Shown here in pieces: positions 57,252 to 64,000 of a stretch of 64,000 nucleotides of DNA. The stretch is from Deltaproteobacteria bacterium SG8_13 (lineage in GTDB: Bacteria; Desulfobacterota; Desulfobacteria; Desulfobacterales; SG8-13): contig LJNK01000001.1 in NCBI GenBank assembly GCA_001303025.1, forward strand, positions 41 through 64,040, given 5' to 3'. The notes beneath the pieces are model-generated. The model saw nothing but the letters and a program-made list of their open reading frames with translations. It made no database searches and had not been told where the DNA came from. Every line of letters starts with the position of its first letter. Position 1 is the first letter of the stretch. The position numbers and the translations under genes were made by a program.

Positions 57252-58517
57252 ATGGTTGTCAAATGCCCGACATGCCAGTCTGGCTATCAGATTGATGAAT
57301 CCAAAATACCGGCCAGGGGTGCCTACACCCGGTGCCGGAAGTGCCAGACGCGATTCAAGGTTCAAGTCGGAAGCACGGTGCCGCCACCGGCAGAAGCCGG
57401 CAAGGATGCTCCCGCGCCGCTGCCGGAATCAAGCGCGCCCCTAAACCCGGAAGCAGCCGCACCCCAGAACCCGGAAGCAGCCGGCCAAGCCGTTTCGGCC
57501 GATGAGGATCGCCGTATCCAGGAGGTTGTGGCGTCCGGCGACCAGGAGGCGATTGCACGGCTGCTGCTCGATCTGATTATCGAGCATGCCGGCCGGAGAA
57601 ACTTCGCCCGGGCAGAGACCCTGCGCGATCAACTTTACGAAGCGGCACCGCTGGCACTCAATGAGATCGTTAAAGCCAACGAGACCATCGACGAGGAGAA
57701 AAGCGGTTCCATCGATTCCGAGCACCTGGAGCTGTGGTCCGGTCTGTTCGAGTCGCTGGAGAGCGACGAAGCCAGCGAACTCTACTACGCCATGCAAACC
57801 GCCAACACGCATGCCGGGCAGCCGGTTTTCGAAAAGGGGCAATACAACTCCAACCTCTACTTCGTTCAGAGCGGCAGCCTGAAAATGCTCCACTTCGATC
57901 CCGGGGAGAAAAAGGAAATCGTTCTGAAGCAGATGCGGGCCGGCAGCCTTTTCAACATGGAGGCTTTTTTTTCCTTTACGGTTACCACCTGTGCTGTCGT
58001 TGCAGAAGCCGATTGCACGCTGAGATACCTGGAACAGTCCATCCTGGATCGTTGGAGGGAAAAATTCCCGCGGATTGAACCGAAACTGAACAGTTTTTGC
58101 CGGCAGTTCGAAGACGTGCGGGCGCTGGTAAAGAAAACCGGGGCAGACGTGCGTTCCAGTCCGCGCTACCTGGTTTCGATGGCAGCGATCATCCAGTTTC
58201 TCGATACTTACGGAAAACCGTCGAAAAAACCGTTCAAGGTCACCCTGTTCGACATCTCCAGCGGTGGTATCAGCTTCGGGTTGAAATTAAACCGGCGACA
58301 GGAGGCCGCCCAGTTGCTGGGGCAGGCGTTGTTTATGCAGACCGGCTACGTGTTGGACGGAAAAAAGCAGAAAGTCTCCCAAAAAGGCAGAATCATCGCT
58401 GCCCACCTGCAACCCTTCGGAGAGAGTTCTGTCCACGTTCAATTTGACAAATCCCTACCCGATGATGCAATGGCCGATATCATGAAAGTCTCCGGGCATC
58501 CCCCAGAAGACGCTTAA
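57252..58517 (+). CDS. MJ0042-type zinc-ribbon / degenerate cNMP-binding-like / PilZ three-domain protein
   Basis: The N-terminus is VKCPTCQSGYQIDESKIPARGAYTRCRKCQTRFKV. The middle is GQPVFEKGQYNSNLYFVQSGSLKMLHF...AGSLFNMEAFF, which has a cNMP-like fold pattern but lacks the FGE/RxA residues. The C-terminus carries RSSPRY (RxxxR) and DISSGG (DxSxxG). The start could be 57243 or 57252. Confidence 0.65.
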   Translation: MVVKCPTCQSGYQIDESKIPARGAYTRCRKCQTRFKVQVGSTVPPPAEAGKDAPAPLPESSAPLNPEAAAPQNPEAAGQAVSADEDRRIQEVVASGDQEAIARLLLDLIIEHAGRRNFARAETLRDQLYEAAPLALNEIVKANETIDEEKSGSIDSEHLELWSGLFESLESDEASELYYAMQTANTHAGQPVFEKGQYNSNLYFVQSGSLKMLHFDPGEKKEIVLKQMRAGSLFNMEAFFSFTVTTCAVVAEADCTLRYLEQSILDRWREKFPRIEPKLNSFCRQFEDVRALVKKTGADVRSSPRYLVSMAAIIQFLDTYGKPSKKPFKVTLFDISSGGISFGLKLNRRQEAAQLLGQALFMQTGYVLDGKKQKVSQKGRIIAAHLQPFGESSVHVQFDKSLPDDAMADIMKVSGHPPEDA

Positions 58518-58569
58518 TCCACTGATATAATTTGATTATTCTTTTGTCGATCCGCGTCAAAAAAAGGGA

Positions 58570-58598
58570 TTGACAGAAAACCCATTCTTGACTAAATA
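58570..58598 (+). promoter_or_regulatory. Sigma70-type promoter (TTGACA-17-TAAATA) upstream of rrf2-hmc
   Basis: TTGACA lies at 58570-58575, followed by a 17-nt spacer and TAAATA at 58593-58598. This is about 90 nt upstream of the Rrf2 ATG. Confidence 0.45.
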
Positions 58599-58608
58599 GG
58601 TCAACAAA

Positions 58609-58633
58609 TATCTCGACCAATGCAGTCGAGATA
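58609..58633. promoter_or_regulatory. Perfect 9-bp inverted repeat TATCTCGAC-N7-GTCGAGATA just downstream of the -10; candidate Rrf2 operator or leader hairpin
   Basis: The arms lie at 58609-58617 and 58625-58633 and are exact reverse complements. The position, +5 to +35 relative to the predicted TSS, suits a repressor roadblock or an RNA stem-loop. Confidence 0.4.
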
Positions 58634-58688
58634 AGGGCTGACCGGCGAACCACTGGAGCCACAAACCGAATCCGAAAAAAATAGCGCG

Positions 58689-59114
58689 ATGATTCGGACG
58701 CACAAGAAAGAGCAGTACGCACTTCGAGCGATGTTGGAGCTTGCCAAAAAGAGCGGCAAAGGTCCCACCAAAATATCCGATATCGCTGCCGCCCAGGCGA
58801 TTCCGATCCGATTCCTGGAGGTCATCCTCAGCCAGCTGAAGGCGAGCGGATTCGTAGATTCAAAAAGGGGTTTCTACGGAGGGTATTACCTGCTGCGGCC
58901 TCCGGATCAGATCACGGTCGGCGACGTGCTGCGTTTCATGCAGGGAGATGAAGACCCCGCCCACCGAGTATCCTGTATGTCCAAGAAGGAATGCCCGTTT
59001 AACTGTGATTGCGCGTTTGTCCCCATGTGGACAAAGCTCAATAAAGCTGTTTTCAAAATATACGATGAAACGTCTTTTCAGGATCTGCTGAACATCGAGA
59101 GGCGGAGGCATTAA
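58689..59114 (+). CDS. Rrf2-family transcriptional regulator
   Basis: The Rrf2 wHTH is EQYALRAMLELAKKSGKGPTKISDIAAAQAIPIRFLEVILSQLKASGFVDSKRG. There is a Cys cluster, CMSKKECPFNCDC. It lies directly upstream of hmcA. Confidence 0.9.
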   Translation: MIRTHKKEQYALRAMLELAKKSGKGPTKISDIAAAQAIPIRFLEVILSQLKASGFVDSKRGFYGGYYLLRPPDQITVGDVLRFMQGDEDPAHRVSCMSKKECPFNCDCAFVPMWTKLNKAVFKIYDETSFQDLLNIERRRH

Positions 59115-59183
59115 TCGCCAACCGGACACCAACGCAGCCGGGGTTGATCCAAGGCTGAAAATCTGACGGGGAACGGAAGCATC

Positions 59184-60785
59184 ATGAAGAAGGGCAAGAC
59201 ATTTCTGCGAGGGACAGGGATCATATGCGGTGTCGTTTTTTCGGTGGTGTTTGCATGGAGCATCGGAGCTCGGGGACTTGTGCAGTCGTCGGCCTCACCG
59301 GACAAACCGAGGGCGGATATCATCACCATCGATGCGCTGAAAAGCTTCGGCGACCTTGAGAGACCTCCGGTGATATTTCTGCATGAAAAGCACTCCGATG
59401 CAGTGGAAAAGCAAAACAAGGACTGTTCGGCCTGCCACCTCAAGGAGGAATCCCGCCAGTCGATCAAGTTCAAGCGTCTGAAGGACACCGCCAAAAAGAC
59501 GACCATGGACCTGTATCATGCCGAGTGCATCGACTGTCACAACCAGACGGCAGCCGTCGGCCAGAAAAGCGGTCCGGTCACCTGCGGTCAGTGCCACAGG
59601 CAAGACGGCCAGGTGGCTTCTTCTTGGGAGCCGATCGGCATGAACAATTCTCTTCACTTCCGGCATTCCAAGGCGCTGGACAAAAAATGCGAACGATGCC
59701 ACCACGAATTCAACGAAAGCACCAAAGAGCTGTTTTACGCCAAGGGTAAAGAAGGAACCTGCCGCTACTGCCACCGGCAGGTCAGCGAAGAAAACCGGAT
59801 TTCCATGCGGTTGGCTTCTCACCAGGCCTGCGTCGACTGCCACCTCAAGCAACTCGCCCTGGACAAGGATGCCGGTCCGGTCAAATGTGGAAGCTGCCAC
59901 GAACCGGCCCAACAGAAACTCATCAAGGCGCTCAAGGATGTTCCGCGCATGGAGCGCAACCAGCCGGACGCGGTTTTCGTGAGCAAGGTCAAAGAATCGC
60001 AGCCGGTCGCCGAGCCGCCGGCGGAGGGGTCTATTTCTCTGGTACCGTTCAACCACAAAGCCCACGAAGGCTATAACGATACCTGCCGCGTGTGCCATCA
60101 CGCGGAAATGAATGCATGTGCTCAGTGCCACACGATGGAGGGCGCCAAAGACGGCCGGCACATAAAATTGGCGCAGGCCATGCACCAGCTCGGCTCGAAC
60201 CAGAGCTGCATTGGCTGCCACGAGCGCAACCAGAAAAAGCCGGAGTGCGCCGGCTGCCACAACTCGATCAGCCGGACACGGGTCTTTGAAGAAACCGAAT
60301 CCTGCCGGATGTGCCACGTGCCGGCCCGACAGACGGTTGCCGGTGCCGAAACCGTGCTCGATCCGGAAAACAAAATGCTGGCAGCTATGCTGCTGGAAGA
60401 GCGCAAGCCGACATACACCCCCTATCCGGATGAAGAAATCCCCGAAAAGGTCATTATCAAGGCGATTTCCGACCAGTACGGGCCGGCGGAGCTCCCGCAC
60501 CGAAAAATCGTGAAAACCCTGGTGGCCAATATCCAGAACAACAAAATCGCGGGCTATTTTCATCGCGATGCGGGCACGCTTTGCCAGGGATGCCACCACG
60601 CCAGCCCGGAAACCAGAAAGCCGCCCAAGTGCAGCAGCTGTCACGGGAAGCCGTTCGATGCGAACAATCCGCTCAGGCCCGGTCTGATGGCCGCTTATCA
60701 CCAGCAGTGCATGGAATGCCACAGCGCGATGGGACTCAGCAAACCGAAAGCCACTGATTGCACGGGCTGTCACAAGAGAAAATAG
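59184..60785 (+). CDS. hmcA: High-molecular-weight 16-heme cytochrome c
   Basis: There is a signal peptide, and I counted exactly 16 CxxCH motifs in the 533-aa product, from CSACH through CTGCH. Confidence 0.9.
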   Translation: MKKGKTFLRGTGIICGVVFSVVFAWSIGARGLVQSSASPDKPRADIITIDALKSFGDLERPPVIFLHEKHSDAVEKQNKDCSACHLKEESRQSIKFKRLKDTAKKTTMDLYHAECIDCHNQTAAVGQKSGPVTCGQCHRQDGQVASSWEPIGMNNSLHFRHSKALDKKCERCHHEFNESTKELFYAKGKEGTCRYCHRQVSEENRISMRLASHQACVDCHLKQLALDKDAGPVKCGSCHEPAQQKLIKALKDVPRMERNQPDAVFVSKVKESQPVAEPPAEGSISLVPFNHKAHEGYNDTCRVCHHAEMNACAQCHTMEGAKDGRHIKLAQAMHQLGSNQSCIGCHERNQKKPECAGCHNSISRTRVFEETESCRMCHVPARQTVAGAETVLDPENKMLAAMLLEERKPTYTPYPDEEIPEKVIIKAISDQYGPAELPHRKIVKTLVANIQNNKIAGYFHRDAGTLCQGCHHASPETRKPPKCSSCHGKPFDANNPLRPGLMAAYHQQCMECHSAMGLSKPKATDCTGCHKRK

Positions 60786-60876
60786 CCGTTGGAGTCCGAC
60801 GGACCAATAGTTCTGGGTGAAACGATGATGACGATATCTGCAAAAACGAAATCTTATAGCGCGTTGAGGTAAGCCT

Positions 60877-62052
60877 ATGTCTATTTCGAGGAGAAGATTT
60901 CTAGGCTGGCTGGGAGCCGCTGGACTCGGCACCACTCTTGGAACGACCGCCCGGGCTGCGACTGCCAAGCATTTTACCGGTCATCCGGGCGCTGGTGGGG
61001 TCTTGTTCGACAGCACCCGCTGCATCGGTTGTCGCAAATGCGAAGCTGCCTGCAACCTGGTCAACGAGCTCCCGTTGCCGGACCAGCCTTTTGACGACCT
61101 GAAGATCCTGGACAAAACCCGGCGCACGGATGCCAAGACCTATACGGTGGTCAACCGGTACGATTCTAATTCGTCCGGAAGCGGCCCACTCTATCGCAAA
61201 ATCCAGTGCAATCACTGCCTGGAACCGGCCTGTGCGTCGGCATGCTTTGTCCGCGCCTTCCGCAAAACCGAAACAGGTGCCGTCACCTATGACGCTTCGG
61301 TGTGTGTCGGCTGCCGGTACTGCATGATTGCCTGTCCTTTTGAAATTCCGACCTACGAATACGACAAGGCCCTGACGCCGCGGGTTCAAAAGTGCACCCT
61401 GTGCTATCCGCGGATTTCCAAGGGGATGCTGCCCGGTTGTGTGGAAAGCTGCCCGACGGAAGCCCTTACCTACGGAAACCGGTCCGAGCTGCTCCGGGTT
61501 GCCCGGCAACGAATCAGCCGGTTTCCGCAGCGCTATGTAGATCATGTTTACGGCGAAAACGAAATGGGTGGCACCAGTTGGTTGTATCTGTCCGCCGTAC
61601 CGTTTCGTGAAATCGGATTGCGCGAAGACCTGGGAGTCACACCGGCCCCCCAGCTGACCAAGGGCGCGTTGAGTGCCGTTCCGATCGTGGTAGGCCTGTG
61701 GCCGGTTTTGCTGACCGGCATCTACGCCATTTCGAAGCGCAAGGATAGGATATCGGATGCAGAGAAACAGCAGGCGGTTGAACTGGCGGTAACGCAGGCG
61801 AAAACCGAAGCCGAGGAGAAACTGGCGGCCGCATTGGATCAGGCCAAGCAGCAAAAAGAAAAAGAGATTGAAATGCGAATCAAAAAAGCCCTTGAAGAGG
61901 CAGCCAAAGCACAGGCCGAGGAGGCTGCCGAACCTGAGACCGGGGAGGCTGGGGAACCCGAGGCCGGGGAGACAGGTGAACCTGAGGCCGGAGAGACTGG
62001 CGAGCCAGAGGCCGGGGAGTCTGATAAGCCTGAAGATGAGGAGGGATCTTGA
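60877..62052 (+). CDS. hmcB: Tat-exported 4x[4Fe-4S] ferredoxin-type subunit with C-terminal TM anchor and acidic repeat tail (HmcB-like)
   Basis: The Tat motif is [10 protein letters not shown]. Fe-S motifs are [36 protein letters not shown] and CTLC...CVESCP. The TM segment is [21 protein letters not shown]. Confidence 0.85.
   Translation: MSISRRRFLGWLGAAGLGTTLGTTARAATAKHFTGHPGAGGVLFDSTRCIGCRKCEAACNLVNELPLPDQPFDDLKILDKTRRTDAKTYTVVNRYDSNSSGSGPLYRKIQCNHCLEPACASACFVRAFRKTETGAVTYDASVCVGCRYCMIACPFEIPTYEYDKALTPRVQKCTLCYPRISKGMLPGCVESCPTEALTYGNRSELLRVARQRISRFPQRYVDHVYGENEMGGTSWLYLSAVPFREIGLREDLGVTPAPQLTKGALSAVPIVVGLWPVLLTGIYAISKRKDRISDAEKQQAVELAVTQAKTEAEEKLAAALDQAKQQKEKEIEMRIKKALEEAAKAQAEEAAEPETGEAGEPEAGETGEPEAGETGEPEAGESDKPEDEEGS
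61927..62022 (+). repeat. Four tandem 24-bp coding repeats (protein: [32 protein letters not shown]) in the HmcB tail
   Basis: The units are 61927-50, 61951-74, 61975-98 and 61999-62022. They differ mainly at third codon positions (GGG/GGT/GGC, CCC/CCT/CCA). Confidence 0.85.
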
Positions 62053-63224
62053 TGCCAGAAGAATCAGCAACCAGCGGCAAAAACATCTTCACCCCGTTTA
62101 ACATTGTGGCGGGCATAATCCTCGCAGTCGGTGGCGTTCTAACGATATTGCGGTTTACCGGCGGGCTGGCCGCCGTTACCAATCTTTCCGACTACAATCC
62201 CTGGGGAATCTGGATCGGCTTCGACCTTCTGGTCGGCGTCGCACTGGCTGCCGGCGGATATGTGACTTCCGCAGCGGTTTACATTTTCGGGATGAAAAAG
62301 TACCACGCCGCTGTGCGTCCGGCGATTCTGACCGGGTTTTTGGGATACGCCCTTGTGGTCCTGGCCCTGCATTACGATGTGGGCCGGCCCTGGCGACTGC
62401 CGTATCCGTTTATCATTCAGCAAGGAACCACTTCGCTGCTCTTCGAGGTGGGTGCCTGCGTGGCCCTTTACCTGACGGTGTTGTTTATCGAGTTCACTCC
62501 GGCACCGCTGGAATGGCTCGGCTTCAAGCGCGCCCGCAACATCGTGGTCAAACTGACCATGCTGCTGACCATATTTGGCGTCATCCTCTCGACGCTTCAC
62601 CAGTCGTCACTGGGGGCCCTGTTTTTAATCGCGCCGTCCAAACTGCACCCATTATGGTATTCTTCATACATTCCGGTATACTTTTTCATATCCAGTATTA
62701 TTGCCGGACTGTCCATGGTGATTTTCGAGGGCACGCTCTCCCACCGGTTTTTCAAAGGGAAAATGGACGAGGAGCACCTGGCGGAAAAAGACACGATCGC
62801 GCTGGGCTTCGGCAAAGCGGCCTCCCTGGTGCTGGCCGGCTATTTTATCATAAAAGTGATCGGCGTCGCCGCCGACAACAACTGGCATTACCTGGGCACC
62901 GGATATGGTGCCTGGTTTCTGCTGGAGCTGCTCGGTTTTGTCGCGCTGCCGTGTTTTCTGTATGCCGTGGGCGTCCGTGACAAGAATGTGAAACTCATCC
63001 GCTGGACGGCAGCCTTGACGGTGATCGGCATCGTTCTGAACCGTTTTAACGTGAGCATGATCGCTTTTAACTACCACCTGCCTTCCAGCGAGCGGTATTT
63101 CCCCCACTGGATGGAGATCGGCATTTCGGTGTTCATCGTGACCGTGGGGTTGGTGGTGTTCCGGTTTATCGTCACCCGCATGCCGATTCTCTACGAACAC
63201 CCGGACTACAAGGGTGTCCACTAG
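62052..63224 (+). CDS. hmcC: NrfD/PsrC-family integral membrane quinone-interacting subunit (HmcC-like)
   Basis: The polytopic 390-aa protein follows the Fe-S subunit. The ATG at 62052 overlaps the hmcB TGA (TGATG). WGIWIGFDLLVGVALAAGG is typical of the NrfD family. Confidence 0.85.
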   Translation: MPEESATSGKNIFTPFNIVAGIILAVGGVLTILRFTGGLAAVTNLSDYNPWGIWIGFDLLVGVALAAGGYVTSAAVYIFGMKKYHAAVRPAILTGFLGYALVVLALHYDVGRPWRLPYPFIIQQGTTSLLFEVGACVALYLTVLFIEFTPAPLEWLGFKRARNIVVKLTMLLTIFGVILSTLHQSSLGALFLIAPSKLHPLWYSSYIPVYFFISSIIAGLSMVIFEGTLSHRFFKGKMDEEHLAEKDTIALGFGKAASLVLAGYFIIKVIGVAADNNWHYLGTGYGAWFLLELLGFVALPCFLYAVGVRDKNVKLIRWTAALTVIGIVLNRFNVSMIAFNYHLPSSERYFPHWMEIGISVFIVTVGLVVFRFIVTRMPILYEHPDYKGVH

Positions 63225-63315
63225 GGCGCATTCGGCAGACTGCAGGGGGGCAGGATAGGGCGGCAATCCGGGCGGGGACTTGCCTTAGGCGGCCCGCAAA
63301 CACAAACCCGAAAGG

Positions 63316-63468
63316 ATGATGAAGGAACCCGTCGATATGGACACGGTTTTTCACAGCTTGCATGATTTTATGCTGCACACGGAGAGTATTACCTACATAT
63401 TGATCATAGCCGCGCTGATCGGCATTACCGGATTCTGGTTGTTTTTGTCCGACAGCGATGAAAAGTGA
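63316..63468 (+). CDS. hmcD: Small single-TM protein (50 aa), HmcD-like; below the ORF-track size cutoff
   Basis: My own translation is MMKEPVDMDTVFHSLHDFMLHTESITYILIIAALIGITGFWLFLSDSDEK. AAAGG precedes the ATG. Its position between hmcC and hmcE matches the known hmc gene order. The internal M8 is also a possible start. Confidence 0.5.
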   Translation: MMKEPVDMDTVFHSLHDFMLHTESITYILIIAALIGITGFWLFLSDSDEK

Positions 63469-63596
63469 CAGCTGTTGTGGTAGTAACAAAGACGGGATGG
63501 CCTGCGGCTGACTGCCGGCCTCGATCGACTGTGAGCAGCCGTCAATCGGCCGTGATGGGGTAACGCTTCAATGACATGCAACTGATGGAGTCTGCA

Positions 63597-64000
63597 ATGT
63601 ATCAATTCGTAACCGGACCGCTGGCATGGTTTGCTTTCGCCGTGTTTTTTATCGGCATCATTGTACGGACCGTGTGGTATATCCGCGGTCTGAACTGGCA
63701 GATGGACCGGGTGGCCTATCGTCCCCACATGCGCTATGGAATCCGGGGGGCGGTGCGCTCGATCGGTTATTGGCTGATGCCCTATGGCACGCACAGCTGG
63801 CGAAACAATCCGTTTTTCACTTTGCTGGTGTTTTTGCTGCACATCGGGCTGTTGCTCACCCCCCTATTTCTGCTGGGGCACAACGTGCTGCTGCAGGAGC
63901 GATGGGGTTTCAGCCTGCCGACCATTTCCGAATCCGCTGCAGACCTGCTGACGATTCTGGTGATCGTCAGCGCCGTGTTTCTGGTACTGCGGCGAATCGC
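63597..64000 (+). CDS. hmcE: NarI/DsrM-like membrane b-type cytochrome subunit (HmcE-like); 3' end truncated by the window edge
   Basis: My own translation is MYQFVTGPLAWFAFAVFFIGIIVRTVWYIRGLNW...FFTLLVFLLHIGLLLTPLFLLGHNVLL, with GGAG 7 nt upstream. It resembles DsrM/HmcE and carries conserved His residues. Confidence 0.75.
   Translation, partial: MYQFVTGPLAWFAFAVFFIGIIVRTVWYIRGLNWQMDRVAYRPHMRYGIRGAVRSIGYWLMPYGTHSWRNNPFFTLLVFLLHIGLLLTPLFLLGHNVLLQERWGFSLPTISESAADLLTILVIVSAVFLVLRRI

Noticed and set aside
61927-62022. Regular 24-bp tandem repeats that could be mistaken for a mini CRISPR or VNTR array
   Set aside because: There are no spacers, and the units are contiguous and in frame within hmcB. 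They encode a GEPEAGET peptide repeat, so this is a coding repeat.

Overview
The window is 64 kb of high-GC DNA, about 60% by eye, and looks like chromosome from a sulfate-reducing Desulfobacterota (deltaproteobacterial) organism. That assignment is an inference from a complete-looking rrf2-hmcABCDE redox operon with a 16-heme cytochrome c. Coding density is high and long antisense shadow ORFs are common. I found no rRNA, tRNA, CRISPR array, transposase or integrase.

Gene content from left to right:
- A folate-dependent histidine-utilisation cluster: hutH, hutU, formimidoyltransferase, hutI and cyclodeaminase.
- A divergent IucA/IucC-like gene.
- A lower-GC metal-homeostasis block: ZIP transporter, ICMT-like methyltransferase, P1B-ATPase and ArsR/SmtB repressor.
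- lon, a RidA-family gene and a GAF-domain gene.
- A long co-directional minus-strand array: beta-CASP RNase, DUF1786-like ATPase-fold protein, Rrf2 regulator, CAP-domain lipoprotein, DUF3311-like protein, SSS symporter, SIR2-like protein, a 3-TM protein and an SGNH hydrolase.
- A DUF4388-TM-DUF1566 protein and a YhdH/AcuI-type reductase.
- An RHH-PilZ regulator followed by five exported proteins of unknown function: lipoproteins, a TolB-like beta-propeller and a TPR protein.
- An Opp/Dpp-type ABC importer.
- A DUF4124 protein, an arylsulfatase, a large outer-membrane-type protein and acpH.
- An array of a SlyD-like protein, isocitrate lyase and an RND efflux pair.
- A zinc-ribbon/cNMP-like/PilZ protein.
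- The hmc operon.

The best candidates for something undescribed are:
1. The RHH-PilZ-headed envelope cluster at 30.3-38.1 kb. It resembles a Tol-Pal periplasmic module without a motor.
2. A sensor-less SIR2_2-type gene whose start overlaps the stop of a solute symporter.
3. An in-frame fusion of a HutC-type DNA-binding domain to histidine ammonia-lyase.

All family assignments come from motif recognition by eye on the translations. No HMM or BLAST search was run.
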